NCBI GenBank assembly: GCA_002104905.1
Contig: MCFE01000304.1
Location: forward strand, 35,106-99,105
Length of the DNA: 64,000 nucleotides
Direction of reading: 5' to 3'
Source of the DNA: Basidiobolus meristosporus CBS 931.73
Lineage: Eukaryota > Fungi > Basidiobolomycota
The position numbers and the translations under genes were made by a program. Position 1 is the stretch's first letter. Every line of letters starts with the position of its first letter. The notes below the pieces were generated by a model. The model had not been told where the DNA came from, did not search any database, and was given only the letters and a program-made list of their open reading frames with translations. Of the stretch, positions 12,525 to 24,210 are shown piece after piece.

Positions 12525-12539
12525 CTGGGGCTCATAACC
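12525..12539 (-). promoter_or_regulatory. Copia primer-binding site GGTTATGAGCCC(CAG), complementary to the anticodon arm of initiator tRNA-Met
   Basis: Directly abuts the 5' LTR; a near-identical site occurs at 23373-23387. Matches the Ty5 / Drosophila copia half-tRNA PBS type. Confidence 0.85.
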
Positions 12540-12887
12540 TGTTGTAAGAGTTTTGGAAATATTGGAAGTGATTGGGAGAACAAGTAGATTATGTGGTTTT
12601 CACTTTATGATTTATTGAATGTAAAAGTAGTATTTATACTTTTACATAGTCTTGACATTGTAAGCATGTAGAATAGGTTAAGGATGGTCCCAAGAGCATG
12701 TGTGCAAAGCTTGGGGCTGTTTGGACAACTTTGAGAATTTTCATGTTCTGGGTACCTGGTATTTTGGTGGAAATATTTCAAGTACATCCCAACAAGGAAT
12801 TTGGTCAGTATTCTCTAGGATTTGAAGGTAATCATCTAAGTGACTAAGTTAGGTGAATATTTAGTTGGAATCACAAATTTTACAACA
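12540..12887 (-). repeat. 5' LTR of copia C
   Basis: TG...CA termini; followed on the minus strand by the PBS and gag. Confidence 0.95.
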
Positions 12888-14147
12888 TTTCATACATTAA
12901 ATGGATGTAAAAACTGCATTTTTGAGTGGAGAGCTCAAAGAGGATATATATATGGACCAGCCCAATGGGTTTATTGACCATGATAACCCCCATTTGGTCT
13001 AAAAGCAAAAAAAGTCTCTATATGGTCTCAAACAATCACCAAGAGCCTGGAATTGCACAATAGATTCTTATTTGGAATCTTGGTGTTTCAAAGGAGTAAT
13101 GATGACTATTGTATATAGTATAAGCCAGATAGAGCAAATCCATTTCTATTGGCTCTATTTGTGGATATTCTTATTACAGCTGCCAATAATCCAGCAGCAT
13201 TAGAAGTGACTAAATCTGGGCTATCTAAGGAGTTCAAGATGTCTGATCTAGGAGAGCTCAGTTTCTACTTAGGGATAAAGTTCTCCATAGACAGAAGTAC
13301 CCAGACTATCACCCTAAGCCAATCCAAGTACATTCAAGAAATACTAAAGAAGTACTAAATGGAAGACTGTAAACCGGCAGCTACCCCAATGGAGACAAAC
13401 CTTTACTTGGTCAAACTCAACCAAATCAAGAGAGCTTGGTGCCATCTGAAAGCCCTGGCTTTCCTTATCACTCTGTGACTGTCAGTCAGATATATATCAT
13501 GCTTGGAACATGTCCAGATGTCTCATATTCAGTGGGAGTTGTCAGCCAGCATAATCAGAACTACGGATCTGATCATATTACTGCAGTTAAGCAGACTTTT
13601 AGATGCCTAAAAGGAACTGTTGATATCTGCTTAATATACACTTAAAGGATTCAGAACAGGATCTTGTGGGATGCTCTGATGCTGACTGGGGATAAAATTT
13701 GGAAGACACAAGATCCAACACACAACACACCTTTCTTTACTGTAAAGGAGCAAATACATGGAATTCAACAAAGCAACCAACCATAGTACTTTCTATCACA
13801 GAGGCAGATTATATGGCAGCCTGTGAAAATACAACAGAAGCAATGTGGTTAAGAAAGCTTTATACAAATTTAGGCCTATGCCAAAAAACACCTATTACTT
13901 TATTTCAAGAAAATCAGGGATTTATACAATGAGGTAGAAATCCAACTTTTCATGCTAGAACCAAGCACATAGATATTAGACATTATTTCATATGTGAAGC
14001 TATAGAGAATAGCTTGGTTAGCTTAGTTTACCGTCCTTCAGATGAAATGATTGCAGAGAGATTTACCAAATTATTAGCTAGAGACAAGTTTGAATATCTT
14101 AGGTCAAAATTGGGACTAGTTGGTATGAACATTAAGCTGAGTGGAAG

Positions 14148-14497
14148 TGTTGTAAAAGTTTGTAATTCCACCTAGATATTCACCTAACTTAGTCACCTAG
14201 ATCATTACCTTCAGATCCAAGGGAATACTGACCAAATTCCTTGTTGGGATTTACTTGGAATATTTACACCAGAATACCAGGTACCCAGAACTTGAAAATT
14301 CTCAAAGTTGTCCAAACAGCCCCAAACTTTGCACACATGTTCTTTGGATCTCTCTTAGCCTACTCTACATGTTTGTAATGCCATGACTATGTAAAACTAT
14401 AAGTACCACTGTTACATTCAATTTATCATTAAGTGAAAACCACATAATCTACTTGTCCTCCCAAATCACTTCCAATATCATCAAGACTCTTACAACA
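14148..14497 (+). repeat. 3' LTR of copia B
   Basis: Follows the RNase H end and a PPT; TGTTGTAA...TTACAACA. Confidence 0.93.
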
Positions 14498-17400
14498 AGA
14501 CTGCCATTCAAGAGCTCTGGGTCAGCTAAAACTAAGCAGAAACTAGATCTAACTTACTCATATCTGTATGTACCTATGCAACACTTATCTTCAGGTGAAT
14601 TAAAGTATTCAATTACATTGATTGATGAATATGCAAGATACTGGTGCGTCTGCTTCATGGAGAGAAAGGAAGTAGCACTGTCGATGCTCAAGGAGCTTAA
14701 AGCAATGGTGGAGAGAGAAACTGGTGGAACACTTAGTCAAATTACCAATCAACCACAAATCAATTGGATGCAAATGGGTCTTCAAGACTGAGTACATCAC
14801 TGATAGAACAATTGAACCCTAAGAGAAAAGAATTATGAAAAGGCCAACAAAATTCCATCACAATATCAACTGAATTCCAAATTTCTTGAAATTGACTGCT
14901 CTCAATATCTCTGTTGATAGCTGATGGACAGGCAAGCAAACATGTTCATTAGGAGGAGACTATTATCAAAGATCAGCTAATTTCTGGAGTAAAAATTGAT
15001 CCTCCAGCTAATTTGGAGCACTGTGAAGCCCAAATATATGGGAAACAAGCCAGATAATCATTCAAGAGCTCTGGGCTAATCAAAACTAAGAGAAACTTAG
15101 ATCTAAATCACTCAGTCCTGTGTGTACCTATGCAAAATTTATCCTTAGGTGGGATGAAGTATTTAATCACTTTTATTGATGATTATTCAAGATACACATG
15201 GGTCTACTTCATGGAGAGAAAGGAAGAAGCTCTGTCTAAGTTCAGGGAGTTTAAAGCCATGGTGGAGAGCAAAACTGGTGAAAAAATCAAGAAAATACGC
15301 TCTGACAATGGTGGAAAAAATACCTTAAAACTCATCATCCACTTCTGTAAAATTCATAGGATAAAGCAAGAGACTACTGTACCATACTCCCTACAGCAAA
15401 ATGGAGTTGCAGAATGTGCTAACAGATCAATAACTGATATGGCAAGATCTTTGATCCATGATCAAAAATTATCCTATGATTTTTGGGCAAAATCAGTTGC
15501 CACTGTTGTATAACTTAAAAATAGGAGTTATAACAGAATACTGTGTGATTCTACACCATTTGAAGCATGGTATGGAAACAGACCAAGTGCAGAACATCTA
15601 AGAATATGTGGGTGTACAGCATATGCCAAGATACTGCCTGGAAATGTGTCAAAATTTGAGCAAAAATGTGTAAAATGCATATTTTTGGGCTACTGCAATG
15701 AGAGTAAAGCATACAGACTCTACAATACCAAAGCAAAGAAGCTAATCAAGTTCAGGGATGTGTTGTTAGATGATAATTCAATGTTTTCACAAGAAATGAC
15801 ATCAGATGATGACAAAAATCTGATCTCAAATCCACCAATTATCAGGATTGAGTCAGAGCAAATAATGATAATCTCTTCACTCCAGAGGACTCTACAACCA
15901 TGGTTCAGCCCGAATCAGTGCCCAGGAATTTCCCAGAAGTGATCATTCCATTATCAAATGCCTGGAGATCCAATTGGACAAGAAATCACACAAATTACTA
16001 TATCAATGAGGGCACAAACTTAGCCTATGCCTAATCAGTCCATATTGATGAACCCCAGACTGTAAAACAGGCCCTGTGTGGCCCTCAGACAAAGTTTTGG
16101 AGATCTGCAATGACTGATGAATATCAGGCCCTGATGGAAAATCAAACTTGGGACTTTGTCAAATTACCAATCAACCAAAAATCAATTGGATGCAGATTGG
16201 TCCTCAAGACAAAATACAAGGCTGATGGTACAGTTGAAAGATGCAAAGCAAGACTTGTAGCCAAATGATACTCCCAAACAAAAGGACCTGACTATGCTGA
16301 GACCTCTGCACTGTTAGCCAAGTTTAATTCCATCAGATTAATATTGGCTATTGCAGCCAAATATAAGTTTTTTATTCATCAAATGGATGTAAAAGCTGCA
16401 TTTTGGAATGGAGAACTTGATAAAGACCTGTATATGGACCAGCCTGATGGGTTTATTGACCAAAATAACCCCCATTTGGTCTGCAAGCTTAAAAAGTCAC
16501 TATATGGTCTCAAACAATCACCAAGAGCCTGGAATTGCAAGATATATTTTTATTTGGAATATTTGAGTTTCAAAAGGAGTAATGCTGACTATAGTATATA
16601 CTATAAGGCAGATAGAGCAAATCCAGTGCTATTAGCTCTATATGTGGATGATCTTATTATAGCCATCAATAACCTAGAAAATTGGAAGAGACTAAATCCA
16701 GCCTATTTAAGGAGTTCAAGATGTTCAATCAAGGTGAACTTAATTAATACTTAGGGATTAAGTACTCCATAGACAGAGGTACCCAGACTATCACCCTAAG
16801 CCAGTCAAGTATATTCAAGATATACTAAAGAAGTACCAAACAGAAGACTGTAAGCCGCAGCTACCCAATAGAGACAAACCTTAACTTGGTCAAAACTCAA
16901 CCAAATCAGGAGAGCTTGGTGCCATCTGAAAGCCCTGATTTTCCTTATCAGTCTATGACTAGCAGTCTGATGTCTATCAAGCTTGGAACACGTCCAGATG
17001 TCTCATATTCAGTGGCGGTTGTCCGCCAGAATAATCAGAACTATGGATCTGATCATATTGCAGTAGTTAAGCGGATTTTTAGATACCTAAAAGGAGCTGC
17101 TGACATCTGCTTAAGATACACTTATAAGAACTCAGACCAGGATCTTGTGGGATACTCTGATGCTAATTGGGGATGAAACTTGGAAGACAGAAGATCCACC
17201 ACAGGATACACCTTTCTTTACTGTAAAGGAGCAATTTCATGGAATTCAAGAAAGAAACCACTGTAGAACTTTCTACCACAGAGGCAGAGTACATGGCAGC
17301 CTGTGAAGCTACAAAAGAAGCAATGTGGTCAAGAGAGCTTTTAACAGACTTAGGCCTATGTCAAAAAACACCTATTACTTTATTTCAAGATAATCAAGGA

Positions 17401-17975
17401 TGTATACAATTAGGTAGATATCCAACTTTTCATGCTAGAACCAAGCACATAGATATTAGACATCATTTTGTATGTGAAGCTATAGAGAATAATTTAGTTA
17501 GCTTAGTTTACTGTCCTTCAGATGAAATGATTGCAGATATATTTATCAAACCATAAGCTAGAGACAAGTTTGAATATCTTAGGTCAAAATTAGGAATAGT
17601 CAGTATGAACATTTAGCTGAGTGGGAGTGTTGTAAAAGCTTGTAATTCCACCTAAATATTCACCTAACTTAGTCACCTAGATCATTACCTTCAAATCCTA
17701 GAGAATACTGACCAAATTCCTTGTTGGTATTTACTTTGAATGTTTTCACCAAAATACCAGGTACCTAGAACATGAAAATTCTCAAAGTTGTCCAAACAGC
17801 CCCAAACTCTGCACATATGCTCTTGGGACCTTTTGTAATCTATTCTATGTGTTTGTAATGCCAGACCAGGTAAAAGTATAAATACTACTTTTACATTCAA
17901 TAAATCATTAAGTGATAATCATATAATCAAATTGTTCTCCCAATCACTTCCAACATCTCCAAGACTCTTACAACA
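14498..17975 (+). mobile_element. Rearranged copia remnants (IN fragment, deletion junction, short filler, then IN-RT-RH) ending in a 3' LTR at 17628-17975
   Basis: ORF fragments with YLITFIDDYSR, IRSDNGG, QQNGVAE, YVDD and TKHIDIRHHF; PPT plus LTR at 17628. Confidence 0.88.
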
Positions 17976-18059
17976 CATATTGCTTTGGGTATCAGATATC
18001 AGAAATTGTATACAATGACTTATATTCCATCATATCTGGAAGCCAATATAAGTAACCCC

Positions 18060-19800
18060 TATGAAAGATAAGTTGGTCCTGCTGGTGGATCCAACCTGGA
18101 TCAGCCACCAGGATCCTGTTTGAAGACCACCATAATACCAGCAGCTTGGAATTAGTGAATATCCTGACAGTATTATGGTAGGATCACAACAGCATTTTGC
18201 TAATTTTACTGCCACATAAATTTATAAAACTTGACAGGGTTTGGTTGGTGCTGTGTCAATAATTTCATGGCATTGTTATGGTCTTAACATGCTCTACAAC
18301 TATTCAAGTTAATCTAACCAGCCAGTACATCCAATTGCCTTATATGGCAAGAAATTTGACTGTATTCTGATAGCCTTATTGCAAGCCTCTGATGGCATTA
18401 TCATGGTGGTATGGCAGCCTACAGCTAGTTCTGCATAGTGCTACCGTACCAATTTACCAAATGGTATTTCATTTTCTACATCCCCTTATGCAATTTGCCC
18501 TCTTTATTTTCTTACCCACTACTACTTTGGGTATTCCACATGTAGTTCAAACCAAAAAAGCTATGGCCTCCTACTTACTAACCTCTACAAACATGCACAC
18601 CTGCTGCAATTGACATACTTCTATCACCTCAACTTTAGAGCTTTTTAGTGTGATACTTGCAAAGTTGCCATATACCTTGTACTGCTGGTCACATATACAT
18701 CTTGCAAACATATGCTTGCTTGCCACCACTGCTGCCATGAATACCTCCTGAATATCTACAAAGAACTTTTCAGTATTTAGCCAATATATTCCTTCTCCCT
18801 GCTGGATTCTAGTCCCACTTATAGGTGCACTCTGGCTCTTGTTTGTGTGAGTTCTGTATTGAATGGTGTAGAAGTTGGCTTGTGACCAAGAGAAGTCAAG
18901 CATACCTTGGTAGTGGTTTCCTAATAAAAGTTATTGGCTTGTTACACCTAACCCAGCTTTGCATTACTTAACTGATTACCCACACATTGGGGCTGCTTAG
19001 CTTCTTAATGCCATAGGCATAGGTGTCTCCATGTGAACATCTGTCCCCCGTATTTTCAACTCTTCCTGGCTGTCCTCCATGTGCCAGCTAATCACATCCA
19101 CAACAGACTTGATAGTAATATTCTTGATGAGATTGGGATATGCTAGTACCTGCAACTTGACTTGTCTTCCTATCTCCCATACATTGGCTCCATAGGAAAC
19201 TCCCACAAGGCAAACAAAGGCCCAAATTCTCCACACACCAAGCAAGATGGAGTAGAGAATGGATACAGTAGTGACAGAGATCCGTATGTTCAGCTTTGTG
19301 TTAATAGTATAGCTGCTCAAATCCTGCTACAAACTCCTTGCACAACAGCTGTAGATGTGTCAAGTTGTCATTGGTGATCTGCTTCTGGATAAATATTCCT
19401 ACAATGTGTGCATATGACTCCCAATGCTTCCAGTACTCTTGGTGGGAATGGCTACAGAACACCACATGTATAAATACATACCTTGTACATCCAGTCTTTG
19501 CCTTGTATTGATTCATATGCGTATGAATATTGATTGAAGCCTGTGCAAAGTACTTAGGGTAGTGGATACTATGTAATATCTTGCCAATCCTGTCAGATTT
19601 CTCCAGTATCTTGAAGGGCTCATTTAGCTTGAAATGCCCCATGTACAACTTGGTCATCAGTATAGGGATATTGTTGAAAAGCAAATGTATTGCTCCCATT
19701 GGAATGCTTTTGCTCCAACAGATGCCCTCTATCTTAAGTACATCTGGCTTCTAATTGATTCCATATTCCAGCCAATGGCTTATACCTTGAGAAACTGCTG
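18060..19800 (-). pseudogene. CACTA/EnSpm-like transposase relic
   Basis: HLLFNNI...GHFK, YWKHW...IVGIFIQ...FVAGFEQLYY, and frameshifted FGPLFALWEFPME.MYGEIGRQVK...YPNLIKNI. This is the GP..W.F..ER..G block typical of CACTA transposases. No termini found; coordinates approximate. Confidence 0.72.
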
Positions 19801-22800
19801 AAAATCAAGAAAATATGCTGTGACAATTTTTATGAGTGTACCTCAAAGCTCTTCATTCAATTCTGTAAAATTCATTGCATAATGCAAGGAGCTATTGTAC
19901 CATACTCCCCACAGCAAAAAGAAGTAGCAGAAAATGTAAACAGAGTAGTAACTGAGTTTTCCTAGATTGGACATCTTGAACTCTTTAGATAGGCTGAATT
20001 TAGTTGCTTCCAATGTTTCTAGGTTATTTGCAGCTATAATAAGATCATCCACATATAGAGCTAATAGAGCTGAATATGCTCTTTCTAGCTTTTAGTATGT
20101 ACTAATGTATGCATTACTCCTTTTGAAACTCAAAGATTCCAAATAAGAATATATATTGCAATTCCAGACTTTACATGATTGTTTGAGTTCATACAGTGAT
20201 TTTTTTGGCTTGCAGACCAAATGAGGGCCATCTTGGTCAGCTAACTCACTAGATGGATCTTTATACACATCCCCATCAAGTTCTCCATTGAAATATAGAG
20301 TTTTATTTCAATTTGATAAATGAAAGGTTATATTTGGCTGTAATAGCCAATTTTAATATGATGAAATTGAACTTGGCTACTGGTGCAAAGGTCTCAATAT
20401 AGTCAGGTCCTTTTGTTTGAAGTATCACTTTGGCCACAAATCTTGCTTGGCATCTTTCAATTGTACCATCAGCCTTGCATTTTGTCTCAAAGACCCCTGT
20501 GCATCCTATTGATTTTTGGTTGATTGGTAACTTGGCTAAGTCCCAAGTCTGATTTTCCATTACAGCCCAATATTTGTTAGCCATTACAGATCTCCAAGAC
20601 TTTGTCTGAGGGCAACGCAGGGCCTGTTTTACAGTCTGGGGCTCATCTATATGGACTGAATAGGCATACATTAAGTTTGTATCTTTAATGATGTAGTAAT
20701 TTGGGCTATATATTATTGGGTTGGATCTCCAGGCATTGAATACTGGAACAATCACTACTAGGATATTCCTGGGCAGTGATTCAGGCTGAGCGATTGCTGT
20801 ATAGTCCTCTGGAGTGAAAAAGCTTTCATAGCTTTGCCCTGATTCAATCCTGATAATTGGTGGATTTGTGATCAGATATTTGTCATCATCTGATGTCTTT
20901 TTGTGAACATTCTGCATTTTCATCCAACAACACATACCTGGGCTTGAGTAGCTTCTTTGCTTTGGTATTATAGAGCTTTTATGCTTTACTCTCAGTGCAG
21001 CAGCCCAACAATATGCATTTCTAACTTCTTGGCTCAAATTTTGACTGATTTCTGGGCACTCTCTTTGCATATGCTGTACACCCAAATATTTTTAGATGTT
21101 CCACACTTAGTCTGAATCCACACCATGCTTCAAGTGGAGTAGAATCACAAGGTATTCTACTATAACTTTGGTTTTAAGGTATACAGCTGTGGCCACTGAC
21201 CCTGCCCAAAAACTATAGGAGCATTTTGATCACAGATCATAGATTTTTCTATATCGATTATTGATCTATTTGCATGTTCTGCTACTCCATTTTGCTATGG
21301 GGAGTATGGTACAGTGGTCCCTTGCATTATGCCATGAATTTTACAGAAGTGGATAAAGAGTTTTGAGGTACATTTTTACCATTGTCAGTGCATATTTTCT
21401 TGATTTTTCAGCAGTTTCCCTCTCCACCATTACTTAAACTCCTGGAAGTTAGACAGAGCTTCTTTCTTTCTCTCCATGAAGTAGATCTGCATATACCTTG
21501 CATAATAATTAGCAAAAGCGATTAAATATTTCATCCCATCTAGCAATATGTTTTGCATATCTCCACACAGATCTGAGTGAATTAGATCTAACTTTTTCTT
21601 AGCTTTGATTAACACAGTGCTCTTGAATGACTGTCAGGCTTGTTTCTTATATATACAGGCTTCACAATGCTCCAAACCAGCTGGGGGATCAGTTTTTACT
21701 CTGGAAATATACTGATTTTTGATCATTTTGTGCAAATAAGCAAGATTGATGTGTCCCAATCTCCTGTTCCAAAGCATTGTAGTTTCTACATTCAAGTTAC
21801 TTATATTGACCTTCAGATATGAAGGAACAAGTTAAATTATACAGATTCTGATCTGGGATAACCAAAGTAATATGAGCAGCATTTTTATCAGTGATCCTGC
21901 ATGCAGAATTGTCAAAGCTGAAACTGAGTTCTTGTTCTCTGGCCATGTTGACAGGCAGCAGGTTCTTGGCTATTTCTGGCACACAGAGTACTTCTTCAAA
22001 GGTCAGTAAGTAGCTCTCTTCACTATTTCTAAGGTTTGCTTGGAAAGGCCCTTCTCCCACTGCATATAGTGTTCTATTGTTACCCATGGGAACCTGGATA
22101 ATTGAATTTCTTAATATTTAGTAAAAAGATCCTTTTGGTGTATAAAGTGTTGGTGCTCCCAAGTCAATATTCCACACTTGAGAATTCTTGTTTGTGGTCA
22201 TATTTAGTGCAGATATGAATAGTTTATCTTCACTTGTTGCAGCATATCCATATTCAGGCTTTTGCTGCTGACTGTATCACTTTTTCAAGCACCAGCCTGA
22301 TGTGTGTCCTTTCCTTTTGCAGTAGTTGTAAAACAGGTTTCTATTGCCCCTAAAAGCTCTTAGGTATCTCCTTTGTTGGTTATAATTGCTGTTACAGCAT
22401 TTTCTTCACCCGTCTTATTGGTGCTTGATTTTCTTAATTCTTTATTCAGGAGCCATCTATATACATAATTCAAGGTTAAATCTTCAGTTCTGGACTCTAG
22501 AGCTGATACAAGGCCCTGAAACCTGTCTGTCAGGTTATTCAGGATGGTCACTATCACATCCTCATCAGTAGTTGCTACTCCCTCAAATTCCATCTCAACT
22601 ACCTGCAGGTTAATTCTGTTAACTAAATTTTCATTTCTTCTCCTGGCAGCATATTTGTAGTAAATAGTATTTGTCCAAGATATATTTTCAAGGCAGTTGA
22701 ATATGACTGGTGGATGTCTTCTACTATCTTCCAGGCATACTTTACAGTTTTTGCACTTGAGCATTGGATTAGCAATTGGTCTTTGACATTACAGCAAATG

Positions 22801-22837
22801 CATTTGGAGGCACTCTGTTCTTTCTTCTGGTACTTTG

Positions 22838-23185
22838 TGTTGTAAGAGTTGTGGAGATTTTGGAAGTGATTTGGAGGACAAGTATACTTTGTGGTTTTTA
22901 CTTATTGATATATTGAATGCAAGAGCAGTATTTATACTTTTACTTGGTCTTGGCATTAAAAACACATTAAATTGGCTTAGACAGGTCCCAAGAACATGTG
23001 TACAAAGTTTGGGGCTGTTTGGACAACTTTAAGAATTTTCATGTTCTGGGTACTTGGTATTTTGGTGAAATATTCTAAGTAAATCCCAACAAAGAATTTG
23101 GTCAGTATCCTCAAGGATTTGAAGGTAATGATCTAAGTGACTAAGTTAGATGAATATTTTGGTGGAATTACAAATTTTTACAACA
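22838..23185 (-). repeat. Copia solo LTR inserted in gag of element F
   Basis: TG...CA, 348 bp, TSD CTTTG/CTTTA; element C shows the empty site (ggtactttaaggc). Confidence 0.92.
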
Positions 23186-23622
23186 CTTTAACGCTTCCTC
23201 TCCCATGCCTTCAGGTGGGCAATCTTATCCCAAGAAAATATCCCAAATGCCTCTTTCTTGTAGCAGCATTGTCATCTTCCCCTTCTAGACCCGGTAGTTA
23301 GATCCATCCAGCTTTTCAGCAGAGGGGAAAGTTCCAGTAATAGCAGCAGCAGCTATTGAAGAGAGTGACAGCCTGGGGCTCATAATCTGTAGTCAGAATC
23401 TTGGAGATATTGGAAGTGATTGGCAGAGCTGGTAGATTATGTGGTTTTCACATAATGTTATATTGAATGTAAAAGTAGTATTTATACTTTTACATGGTCT
23501 TGGCATAAGAAACACATCAGATTGGCTTAGACAGGTCCCAAGAACAAGTGTGCAAGGTTTGAGGCTGTTTGGACAACTTTGAGAATTTTGATGTTCTAGG
23601 TACCCAACATTTGGTAAAAATA

Positions 23623-23991
23623 TGTTATGATCTGCCACTTGAATGTTTAAGTTAGCTCAGTTTTTAGTCAAATCAATTAGTTATATGTTTAGGTTATCAG
23701 TATATTAGTATCATCTATCAAATCAGTTGCCTTAGTCAGAAAATGAATCAGCAGATCCTTATCATATAGAAATAGATATATCAGGTAGGATCTTATTGGG
23801 TGATGATGATGCAATCAAACGAGTCATCAGCCACAGCCTACATTAGGAAATACTATTAGTCAGCAATTGATCTGGCAAAATGTATATAAGGTGCTACTGG
23901 AATCTCAATAAAGATCAGTTCAAGTTTTAGTGAATACAATACTAGCTAAACTTCCTATTCCTCTACAACTCTTATACCAAGACTTGTAACA
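23623..23991 (+). repeat. Gypsy solo LTR inside the copia F LTR
   Basis: TGTTATGATC...GACTTGTAACA; probable 4-bp TSD AATA/AGTA. Confidence 0.9.
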
Positions 23992-24148
23992 AGTATTCCA
24001 AGTAAATCCCAGGTACTTGATATTTTGGTATAATATTCCAAGTAAATCCCAACAAGGATTTTGGTCAGTATTCTCCAGGATTTGGTGGTAATGATCTAAG
24101 TGACCAAGTTGGGTGAATACTTAGGTGGAATAACCAATTTTTACAACA

Positions 24149-24210
24149 AAGATTAGGACTAGTCAGTATGAAAGTTTAATTGAGTGGGAGTGTTGTAAGA
24201 GTTTATAATG
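24149..24210 (+). mobile_element. Copia 3'-end fragment (RNase H end, PPT, first ~20 bp of LTR)
   Basis: ttaggactagtcagtatg...gagtgggag-TGTTGTAA matches the end of element A. Confidence 0.75.

Larger units (their letters stand above)
3999..12887 (-). mobile_element. Full-length degraded copia element C with both LTRs, carrying two nested insertions
   Basis: LTRs at 3999-4347 and 12540-12887 share diagnostic bases; 5-bp TSD TTTTA/TTTCA. Gag ATG near 12508 (MSTTAITGIFPSAEKLDGPNY), then PR, IN, RT and RH on the minus strand. Confidence 0.93.
1869..14497 (+). mobile_element. Degraded copia element B (1869-3998 plus 12888-14497), split by element C; its 5' end lies upstream of element A, outside the window
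   Basis: Gag knuckle CNYCKWKGHTSDWC, protease YIDSG, integrase and RT start up to 3998. RT resumes at 12888 at the matching position (after LILAIAAK, before QMDVKTAF) and runs to RNase H, PPT and LTR. Multiple stops and frameshifts. Confidence 0.9.
19945..24148 (-). mobile_element. Heavily degraded, 3'-truncated copia element F
   Basis: RT, IN, PR and gag fragments; PBS at 23373-23387. The 5' LTR (23388-24148) is interrupted by a gypsy solo LTR. Confidence 0.88.
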
